Shown here: piece after piece, positions 10,068 through 18,880 of the stretch | Layout: every line of letters begins with the position of its first letter | How positions within the stretch are numbered: position 1 is the stretch's first letter | From: Paraspadella gotoi | Taxonomy: Eukaryota; Animalia; Chaetognatha | DNA length: 18,880 nt | Direction of reading: 5' to 3' | NCBI GenBank assembly: GCA_051294375.1 | Contig: JBJCIZ010000369.1 | Location: 10,190 to 29,069, forward strand | Notes under the pieces: generated by a model | Database searches by the model: none | Told to the model about the DNA's origin: nothing | What the model saw: only the letters and a program-made list of their open reading frames with translations | Made by a program: the position numbers and the translations under genes

Positions 10068-10617
10068 AATTTTACCAAAATGGACTAAATAACTTTCCCA
10101 TGATTGTATCATATCAAAATAACCAAATAAAACGTAAAGAAAAATTTTGAGAGCCCTTCAGACATATGGCTATTGGATTCTTGAATTTGAAGTTTTTCCT
10201 TTGATGTGGTGACAGGACTTCTGGGCAAGACTCACCACTCCTCCGAAAAGCCGAAGCCAACAACAATGACCACGCCACCCCAAATGCACCCCGTACCTTC
10301 CACCTCCGACTTTGCCCCCGCCGGAAAAGATATACCACCCATCCCGGCACCCAAGGGAAACTGGATGGATTGGAGGGACCCAAACAAAACGAAGCCAAAA
10401 CTCTTAAATGACGACGACGGTAGCAGTGAAGAAGAAGACGATTTAATCCGCACCTTCAACATGCCACGCGAACTGGCCAAGCACTGCAGAATTTTACCAA
10501 AATGGACTAAATCACTTTCCCATGATTGTATCATATCAAAATAACCAAATAAAACGTAAAGAAAAATTTTGAGAGCCCTTCAGACATATGGCTATCGGAT
10601 TCTTGAATTTGAAGTTT
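10068..10617. repeat. 128-bp direct repeat (10068-10195, 10490-10617) flanking a ~294-bp GC-richer insert
   Basis: AATTTTACCAAAATGGACTAAAT...TTGAAGTTT twice, two mismatches seen. Confidence 0.93.
10196..10489 (+). other. coding-like fragment, Pro-rich then acidic (possibly gag N-terminal region)
   Basis: Stop-free frame TTPPQMHPVP..IPPIPAPKGNWMDW..DDDGSSEEEDDL; A/C-rich plus strand like the retroelement. No diagnostic motif. Confidence 0.3.
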
Positions 10618-11899
10618 ATTGTAAAATCACAACATATGTTAAATGCGTTTACATTCTATTGAAGCTGAGAAATCCCTTTATTTTATATATAAAAATTGCT
10701 TCGAAAATATTTTCCCGAGTGGACCAGTCCATTTGAATCTGATGGTTTGATGTCAAAATGATGGTTATTTGTCAAGAGAAAAAAAATGCGAGCCCTTCAG
10801 ATGCAACAGGATCGGAATTGAGTGTTTTTACATCTATTTTTTACCTGAAATTTTCCCAGGGGCGTTTACATTGTTTGGTAGTCAGATTTTAGCAAAAATC
10901 TCCATTGAAAAAGTCTTCCTCGATTTCTAAGAACGACGTAGACTCCTAAACTACATGATAAATCTTATTTTTTTTATTTTTGCTATCTTTGATAAACATT
11001 AGGAATATTTATACCAGATTTCTGTTAGTTTGTAACCTGTTCCGCCCTACTAAGCATGGAGAGAATGATGGGGAGACATTAAAGAAAAGTTATGAAGACC
11101 TTACTCTCTTTGCTGCTCTAAGCTTGTCACAGAATAAACAAACTAAACAGCAACGCTTTAGTTTTTTATTCTACATCAATTTTGTGTTGAAAAGATGTCT
11201 TCTATTCGATACATTATTGTTTATTTACTTTTGTTCACCAATTTGATGATGAAATGTAGACCCATAAAAAATGAAAAAAATGTGCACATTGACTGCTCAA
11301 AAAATGTATCTCAGTTCATTGGTTTCATTAAAAGGTAAGTTAAACAATAAAATTATACTTTTATTTTTTATTTCATTATATTTAATGTTAATTTTAGTCA
11401 TTTCACTTTTCATTGTTAAATATTGTATTGCCTTGAATTTTTTTTTTCAAACAATGTTCTCAAATTATTCTTAAATGACCTATAAATGACCTAAATGACT
11501 TATAGTAGAGAAACAAGTTTGAGCAAACAATGTCGGATCTGCCTACGATAATTAATTAATTAATAGATTTATTAATTAATTAATTAATTAATAGATTAAT
11601 TAATTATTTAATTAAAAGATTAATTAATTAATAAATTTTAATAATTAATTATAATTTATATTCAGCTTGTCATCATCAATGTCCTTTAAAATTGAGTCAG
11701 GACAGTTATTAAATGTTTTGTTTACATTTTATCAAAACAAACAAATATCCTCTATTATCGAGCCAGGCGGGCAAAGCCTGGAGTTGAAATTTCATATATG
11801 GCTTCTAAGATCAAGATCTTTAAAATTCTCATGTTTCATATCAATATTCGTATTTGTTTATGTTTTATTTACAAAACAAAAACGTTTTAATTATATGTC

Positions 11900-12019
11900 G
11901 CTCTCTCTCTCTCTTTTCTTTTAAATATAATTCGCTCTCTCTCTCTCTCTTTTTCTCCGTCACTGCTTCTTCTGATTTGTCTAAAAAACGAGTTCCGGCT
12001 TTGCAGCGTCTGTCCAGCT

Positions 12020-12070
<51 letters not shown>

Positions 12071-12402
12071 TTTTTTTTTTTTAAATTTTAGAATATAATG
12101 TGGGCTCACTAATGTAAAAAACGATGCCGCGAACAGGGTGCGAACCCGGGTCCTTTGGGTAGAGAAGAGCGGCATAGGTACTGCTGATTCTTTTAACGAG
12201 CTTCTCTCTCTCTCTCTTTTTCTCTTTGTGTGTGTCTGTCTCTCTCTGTCCGATCTCTTGCGTGATCGTTTGTTTTTTGAAAAATTCTGATTATTTTTTT
12301 TTCTTCTAAAAACTTTTTATTATTACCATTTATTCCGCGCTTTTTTTCAATACAAAATCCCATATTTTCATCCGAGATTATCGTGGATTTATTCTCTTTC
12401 TT

Positions 12403-12435
<33 letters not shown>

Positions 12436-12843
12436 TTCACTTATACACGCATTTGTTTGTTTTATTGACTATCATCGCATCAATGAATGACAATCATCGC
12501 ATCAGTGAATGACTATCATCACAGCAGTGAATGACTATCATCGCATTCAATAATTGATTATCATCGAATCAATAATCAATTCCTATTACATCAATAAATT
12601 ACTATTACATCAATCAATTAGTATTACCTCAATCAATTACTATTACATCAATAATTTGTTATCGCATGATTCATTTCTTTTTTTTCCTGGGTTTTTTCAA
12701 TTAATTTTCTTTGATAGTGGGCTCTGGCGCGATCTTTGAGTCTTTTAAGATTTTTTTATTTTATGTCTCCTTCTCTCTCTTTCTCTCTCTCACTCTCTCT
12801 CTCTCACTCTCTCTCTTTCTCTCTCACTCTCTCTCTCTCTCTC

Positions 12844-12880
<37 letters not shown>
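11900..12880. repeat. (CT)n microsatellite clusters and short 22-bp repeat (GACTATCATCGCATCAATGAAT, ~12468-12546)
   Basis: CT runs at ~11901, 11935, 12021-12061, 12201, 12393-12435, 12770-12880. Confidence 0.9.
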
Positions 12881-12884
<4 letters not shown>

Positions 12885-12975
12885 ATGCAATAGCGACGAT
12901 CCTTATGCTTTTAAGATTTTTTTAACTTGCATCATTTTTTCAACTTGCATCATTTTTTTCAACTTGCATTCCGTC

Positions 12976-13820
12976 AAAACTTTATATCTAGCTTCATCAC
13001 TCACTTTCCTACTGGCTCACAAAATTTCATCTCAATCTATCATGGGTTAAAATAAATAAAAAGATTCAAGTAAATGTGACTCATATTTTTTTTCATTTAA
13101 ACTCATTTCCACTGGTACGTTTCCACTGAAACTTTATATCAAGCTTCGTCACACATTTTCCTACCCACACACAAAATTTCAACTCCATCTATCTATCCAA
13201 TTATGATTAATTAGAGTATTTATTGGTTAAAATAAGTAAAAAGATTTTAGTAAATTCGACTTATGTTTTTTCCATTTAAAACTAATTAAACTAATTCCAA
13301 TCTAACCAGCCAATCACGAGTTATTGGAGCTTTTTGCTAAGATGGGACGGATGGACGGATTGATTGACTAATTAATTAATTATTGAATAATTTATTTATT
13401 AATTGATTAATTAACTGAATTAATTATTTGATTTAATAATACATCCTGCATATACATTTAATATAAAAGGAAAAAGAAGCATAATCAATTAGTAAAACAG
13501 GTTTTTTGTTTTTTTCCATTTAAACTCATTTCCACTCAAACTATTCCATCAAAACTTGATTTCCTGTTCAAGCACACACTTTCCTACCCACATACAAAAT
13601 TCCAGGTCAATCAGCCCATCCACTCATGAGCAATTGGTGCTGTCTAAATAGGTGAATATTTATTTTTTTGATTTTTTACATTTTTAAATCGAATTTCACA
13701 TCGGAACGACTTCACATCGAAACTTCATATTACAGCTCAATCACATACTACACTATCGCTACACAGCACAACAAAAATTTTCATTACATCCATCCATTCC
13801 CAATCACGAGTAATTGGTGT
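12976..13820. repeat. diverged internal repeats of the HINE
   Basis: AAACTTTATATC(T/A)AGCTT..CAC..TTTCCTAC..CACAAAATTTCA-like motif at ~12977, 13129, 13552, 13719; also ~14987, 15138, 15319. Confidence 0.75.
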
Positions 13821-14604
13821 TTTTTTGGCTAAGGGTGGGACGGACGGCAAACGACGGACGGACGGACATGCATTTTTTTCGTCGACGACACAAATTTATC
13901 ATAAGATTCGATGTTCTGACATGATTTATAAGTTAGATGACCGAAATATGAGGGGGCGGACCGACGGACCGCCAAAGTGAGTTATAGAGTCGGGATCTGC
14001 TGATAAGCAGATCCGACTAAAAATTCGTTTTGGGGCAAGGGGGATCAAGATTGCAGGTTTTCACACTTTTTTTTGGTCCGGCCCAGTTTCCAGCAGAAAA
14101 ACCAAATTAAATATTATAGGACTAAACTCTAACAAAAAAAAATCTTAAAAAGTATAAGGATCGAGCCAGCTAGCTATCAAAGAAAATTAATGAAAAAATC
14201 CGGGAAAAAAAACGAATGATTGATGGGATAAAGAATAATTGATGTTATATAGAAGAAGACTATAAAAGCAGAAGCCAATGTTAGTTTTTTTATATTCTCA
14301 GATCAGAAGATGTGGAATGACGTCAATAATGTAAATCCTAAGTATCGTTTTAATTGAACCTCTTCTCTTGGAGAAAACTAAAAAAAAGTATTAAAGTTTT
14401 CCTCTTCTTTTTCAACATGTTTGCCTTTTATTATCTTCTTCGATTCTGACTGTCGCTTACAAATTTAATAAATCCGGTAACTAATTATTTCTCTTAAAGT
14501 TTTTCCTTACATTTTCTTTTAAAAATAAAAATTTCGCGATGCAAACCGGACTATTTCATTTAACCTGATCATTTTATATCAAAATCATTATAAAATGAAA
14601 AAAG

Positions 14605-14860
14605 AACAAGTTTGAGCAAACAATGTCGGATCTGCCAACGATAATTAATTAAGTATTTTAATTAATTAATCGATTAATTAATTAAATAATTTTAATAATT
14701 AATTATAATTTATTTTTCAGCTTGTCATCATCGATGTCCTAAAAATTGAGTCAGGACAGTTATTAAATGTTTTGTTTACATTTTATCAAAACAAACAAAT
14801 ATCCTCTATTTTATTTTATGTCTCCTTCTCTCTCTCTCTCTCTCACTCTCTCTTTCTCTC

Positions 14861-14895
<35 letters not shown>

Positions 14896-15643
14896 ATGCA
14901 ATTGCGACGATCCTTATGCTTTTAATATTTTTTTAACTTGCAACATTTTTTCAACTTGCATAATTTTTTCAACTTGCATTCCGTCAAAACTTTATATCTA
15001 GCTTCTTCACTCACTTTCCTACCGGCTCACAAAATTTCATCTCAATCTATCATGGGTTAAAATAAATAAAAATATGTAAGTAAATGTGACTCATATTTTT
15101 TTCATTTAAACTCATTTCCACTGGTATGTTTCCACCGAAACTTTATATCAGGCTTTGTCACACATTTTCATACCCACACACAAAATTTCAACTCAATCTA
15201 TCCATCCAATTATGATTAATTAGAGTATTTATTGGTAAAATAAGTAAAAAAAGATTTTAGTAAATGCGACTTATTTTTTTTTCTATTTAAACTAATTTCC
15301 ACTCACACGATTCCATCGAAACTTTATATCTAGCTTTATCACACACTTTCCTACCCACACACAAAATTTAATTCCAATCCAACCAGCCAATTCACGAGTT
15401 ATTGGAGCTTTTTGCTAAGGTAGGACGGATGGACGGATTGATTGACTAAATTAATTAATTATTGATTAATTTATTTACTAATTGATTAATTAAACTGATT
15501 AATTATTTGATTTATTAATAACATCTTGCATATACATTTATTATAAAAGGAAAAAGAAGCATAATCAATTAGTGAAAAAGGTTTTCCACTCAAACTATTC
15601 CATCGAAAAATGATTTCTTGTTCAATCACACACTTTTCTTACC
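14605..15643 (-). mobile_element. HINE copy 2 (3' part), lacking ~1 kb present in copy 1, truncated at ~15643
   Basis: AACAAGTTTGAGCAAACAATGTCGGATCTGCC then colinear with 11512-11756 and ~12753-13589. Confidence 0.8.
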
Positions 15644-15907
15644 TTCATGATTTATGAAAGCGATTTCTAAAGAAAAGGTAGATATTTCTGAGAAACATAC
15701 ATTTCTTCTAGATTAATTTTCCTCTCTAAAACCGGTCATTTGAGGGATCGAACCTCATCGGTTGACTGCTTTAAAATTGACCACTAGGCACCTTTTTAGG
15801 TTTGACAAAATCAGAGGCTCAATGTTACCTTCATGATTTATGAAAGCGATTCCTAAAGAAAAGGTAGATATTTCTGAGAAATATACATTTCTTCTAGATT
15901 AATTTTC
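15639..15907. repeat. 83-bp direct repeat, period 186 (15639-15721, 15825-15907)
   Basis: TTACCTTCATGATTTATGAAAGCG...CTAGATTAATTTTC twice, two mismatches seen. Confidence 0.9.
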
Positions 15908-16515
15908 TTACATAACTAACAATAATTAGTTTTATTCACATAAAATAAGAACTAGGTTTTAGTATGACACTGAGTAGTTTTATTATTTATACACGAAATC
16001 GGTATATATTTAAAGCAGTGTTAGAAAAAACAAAAAAACCGATGAGGAGGAGGGGTTCAGCCGAAGACATCGTCATCCTCCCCTTTCCTCATCCTCTTCT
16101 CCTTCGAGCTCGCGGGATTTCGGGGTCCAGGTTTTTAGTTTCAAAAATATTCACTCCACCTTTTTCCCTCTCTTTAGTCAGACGTACAACTTGTTATTAT
16201 TTTATTCGTCCTTTTTCCTCCTTTTCAATAAACGCCTTTTTTCTCTCATTCGAATCTTATTTTGCAAGAGACATGATTATAGGGTGGCGCCCAATGTGGG
16301 ACGTCGTCCTTTAACCACATTTCGCCCCTCTCTTTCTCACCTCTCTTTTTCCTTTCTTTTGCAACACTACTCAAAAAAAATATACATTTTTTTTTCCGTC
16401 GTCCGTTCTCGAACGACAGTTTTTTTTCCTCTCTCTCTCTTACCAACTGAAGAGCGGAGAAGAAAGGAAGGCAGGGCAGAAGGCGTTAACCAATTTTTTC
16501 CTCAGGAACGCCAAA

Positions 16516-16813
16516 GGGAAACGACGCTTTCCCCCGGGCTTCTCTGACAGGAGAAGGGCCCTGCAGAAGAAGAGTGAAAGAGAAGGGAAACAACGTTTTC
16601 CCTGGCCTTCTCTGACAGGAGAAGGGCCGCGCTAAGTGAGAAGGGAAACGACGTTTTCCCAGGCCTTCTCTGACAGGAGAAGGGCCGCGCTAAGGGAGAA
16701 GGGAAAACAACGTTTTCCCTGGCCTTCTCTGACAGGAGAAGGGCCGCGCAAGAGTGAAAAAAAGGAAACGGAGTTATTTTCCCTGGACTTCTCTGTCAGG
16801 AGAAGGGCTGCGC
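16516..16813. repeat. five ~58-69-bp units, each with two stem-loops
   Basis: Units at 16516, 16585, 16643, 16701, 16764: GGGAAAC(A/G)ACGTTTTCCC then GGCCTTCTC-TGACAG-GAGAAGGGCC. Confidence 0.92.
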
Positions 16814-16835
16814 TGAAAAAAGAGAGAGAAGAGAG

Positions 16836-17255
16836 ATGCAGGATGGCGCGATGATTGACAAGCTAAGCCGCCAACAGCTCCGGGAAATATTCGAGTTTTG
16901 GCTACTCCATCCGCCAGTAGCGTCAGAGTCGCCGCAGGTGCTGCAGCACGCCAGTTTATCATTTACCGAGATCAATCTAAACGTCCCGCAGAACGCCGCC
17001 TATCGCGTCGTCACGGTTGTCGACGTCTACCCGGACAGCAGTCGGGAGGTCGTTCACAGGTTCTCGAACCTAAAGGGGGAGGTGCGCGTTGCGACGTGCG
17101 AGAGCTCGCCGCCGACGTCTCTGTCTGAGCCGAAGGACCTCACGTGGTCCGCCGACGCAGCCGCCGCCGGAAGAGCAGCGTATAGAGAGAGAGTAGGTCC
17201 CTTTGTGCTGGCCGGATGCCGAGACCGGAGGCGGTCACCGTCCCCATCGAAGTGA
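16836..17255 (+). CDS. hypothetical protein (139 aa; alternative start 16851)
   Basis: Intronless, GC-rich, non-repetitive ORF right after the hairpin array; basic RDRRRSPSPSK tail; no recognised family. Confidence 0.45.
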   Translation: MQDGAMIDKLSRQQLREIFEFWLLHPPVASESPQVLQHASLSFTEINLNVPQNAAYRVVTVVDVYPDSSREVVHRFSNLKGEVRVATCESSPPTSLSEPKDLTWSADAAAAGRAAYRERVGPFVLAGCRDRRRSPSPSK

Positions 17256-17419
17256 AAATCGTCGACGGCCTCCTCTACATTGATCCGCCGCCACAATTCG
17301 CCGATGTGATCCGGCTGATGATTATTGACCTTCGACCCGCCCTCCGCCAGTTTGACGACGCAAAGCGAAAGCGGATAAATCAGGGGCATAAGGGAATGAC
17401 GGAGAAAAGAGAGAAATAA
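17216..17419 (+). CDS. hypothetical protein (67 aa)
   Basis: Overlaps previous ORF by 40 nt; stop TAA embedded in AATAAA (17415-17420) followed by T/GT-rich tract; KRKR basic patch. Confidence 0.4.
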   Translation: MPRPEAVTVPIEVKIVDGLLYIDPPPQFADVIRLMIIDLRPALRQFDDAKRKRINQGHKGMTEKREK

Positions 17420-17475
17420 AAGTTTCAAAGCTTCCCTTTTGTTGTTTTACATGCTCTGTAAACATAGAGAAACTA

Positions 17476-17685
17476 ATGGAGGGAAAGGATGGGAAAGTGA
17501 TTGAAATCCCCACCAAACTGATTATCATGCCGCCCCACTATATGAGCTTAGTAGGGTGGATGACGGAAAATATCACAGGGCCTCGCTATCGAGCCAGAAC
17601 GACTACACTATATGAGCTTAGTAGGGTGGATGACGGAAAATATCACAGGGCCTCGCTATCGAGCCAGAACGACTACACTATATGA
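17476..17685 (+). pseudogene. hypothetical ORF disrupted by 70-bp array
   Basis: MEGKDGKVIEIPTKLIIMPPHYMSLVGWMTENITGPRYRARTT; with one unit it would continue PFFNR into the gap. Confidence 0.3.
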
Positions 17686-18094
17686 GCTTAGTAGGGTGGA
17701 TGACGGAAAATATCACAGGGCCTCGCTATCGAGCCAGAACGACTACACTATATGAGCTTAGTAGGGTGGATGACGGAAAATATCACAGGGCCTCGCTATC
17801 GAGCCAGAACGACTACACTATATGAGCTTAGTAGGGTGGATGACGGAAAATATCACAGGGCCTCGCTATCGAGCCAGAACGACTACACTATATGAGCTTA
17901 GTAGGGTGGATGACGGAAAATATCACAGGGCCTCGCTATCAAGCCAGAACGACTACACTATATGAGCTTAGTAGGGTGGATGACGGAAAATATCACAGGG
18001 CCTCGCTATCGAGCCAGAACGACTACACTATATGAGCTTAGTAGGGTGGATGACGGAAAATATCACAGGGCCTCGCTATCGAGCCAGAACGACT
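17536..18094. repeat. 8 x 70-bp near-perfect tandem array
   Basis: TATGAGCTTA at 17541, 17611, 17681, 17751, 17821, 17891, 17961, 18031; only difference seen is G>A at 17941. Confidence 0.98.
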
Positions 18095-18137
18095 CCTTTT
18101 TTTTAATAGATGNNNNNNNNNNNNNNNNNNNNNNNNN

Positions 18138-18880
18138 GTCGGGATCTGCTGATAAGCAGATCCGACTAAAAATTCGTTTTGGGCAAGGGGGATCAAGATT
18201 GCAGGTTTTCACACTTTTTTTTGGTCCGGCCCAGTTTCCAGCAGAAAACCAAATTAAATATTATAGGACTAAACTCTAACAAAAAAAAATCTTAAAAGTA
18301 TAAGGATCGAGCCAGCTAGCTATCAAAGAAAATTAATGAAAAAATCCGGGAAAAAAAACGAATGATTGATGGGATAAAGAATAATTGATGTTATATAGAA
18401 GAAGACTATAAAAGCAGAAGCCAATGTTAGTTTTTTTATATTCTCAGATCAGAAGATGTGGAATGACGTCAATAATGTAAATCCTAAGTATCGTTTTAAT
18501 TGAACCTCTTCTCTTGGAGAAAACTAAAAAAAAGTATTAAAGTTTTCCTCTTCTTTTTCAACATGTTTGCCTTTTATTATCTTCTTCGATTCTGACTGTC
18601 GCTTACAAATTTATAAATCCGGTAACTAATTATTTCTCTTAAAGTTTTTCCTTACATTTTCTTTTAAAATAAAAATTTCGCGATGCAAACCGGACTATTT
18701 CATTTAACCTGATCATTTTATATCAAAATCATTATAAAATGAAAAAAGAACAAGTTTGAGCAAACAATGTCGGATCTGCCAACGATAATTAATTAAGTAT
18801 TTAATTAATTAATCGATTAATTAATTAAATAATTTTAATAATTAATTATAATTTATTTTCAGCTTGTCATCATCGATGTC
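18138..18880. repeat. near-identical duplicate of 13989-14738 (HINE 5' hairpin, ~580-bp spacer, HINE 3' end from 18749)
   Basis: Differs only by a few 1-bp indels; starts immediately after a 25-N gap. Confidence 0.95.

Larger units (their letters stand above)
11511..14022 (-). mobile_element. non-autonomous Helentron / DINE-1-like element (HINE), full copy
   Basis: SubTIRs GTCGGATCTGC (11532-11542) and GCAGATCCGAC (14007-14017); hairpin AGTCGGGATCTGC-TGATAA-GCAGATCCGACT (13988-14018); GGAC microsatellite ~13837-13867; small stem GTTTG-AG-CAAAC; minus-strand end CTTGTT; T-run at 5' end; internal tandem repeats. Confidence 0.8.

Noticed and set aside
10207-10225. Primer-binding site TGGTGACAG
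   Set aside because: Not adjacent to the LTR end and no tRNA match I can verify.
10980-13050. ORFs rich in F/L/I/S or (SL)n/(ER)n
   Set aside because: Translations of AT-rich DNA and CT microsatellites.
14281-14340. Possible host micro-exon (polypyrimidine CAG ... GTAAAT) and donor AGGTAAGT at ~11333
   Set aside because: Isolated splice-like signals with no supportable gene model.
15964-16547. ORFs 15964-16314, 16191-16547 and 16246-16446
   Set aside because: Low-complexity pyrimidine/purine tracts in mutually overlapping frames; none convincing.
16516-16813. CRISPR-like palindromic repeats
   Set aside because: Linkers are short and related to each other, not unique spacers.
11758-17597. 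ATCGAGCCAG shared by 11758, 14160 and the 70-bp unit
   Set aside because: A 10-mer with no extended similarity; compatible with chance in 19 kb.
17536-18094. CRISPR array
   Set aside because: Units are identical end to end with no unique spacers; no cas genes; eukaryotic context.

Overview
Eukaryotic (probably invertebrate) draft-assembly window with five N gaps (100, 42 and three of exactly 25 N) and many 1-bp indels typical of noisy long-read gap filling. Bases 1-~9865 are redundant, rearranged pieces of one Ty3/Gypsy-type LTR retroelement. It has an integrase (HHCC, D,D,E, GPY/F-like tail), then a repeat-containing intergenic region with CCAAT/TATA, then an env-like type I membrane glycoprotein, a polypurine tract and a 3' LTR. 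The env cysteine/motif pattern resembles chuvirus-type (class III, gB-like) glycoproteins. The element is arranged A, inverted A, 25N, inverted B, B, with both fold-back centres (~2852, ~6678) at the same point of env, most likely an assembly artefact. 11.5-15.6 kb and 18.1-18.9 kb hold copies of a non-autonomous Helentron/DINE-1-like element (HINE). 15.64-18.11 kb is an unexplained GC-richer segment with an array of ~58-bp double-hairpin units, three compact orphan ORFs and a near-perfect 8x70-bp array. No host gene is supported. Family assignments come from motif recognition by eye, not database searches.
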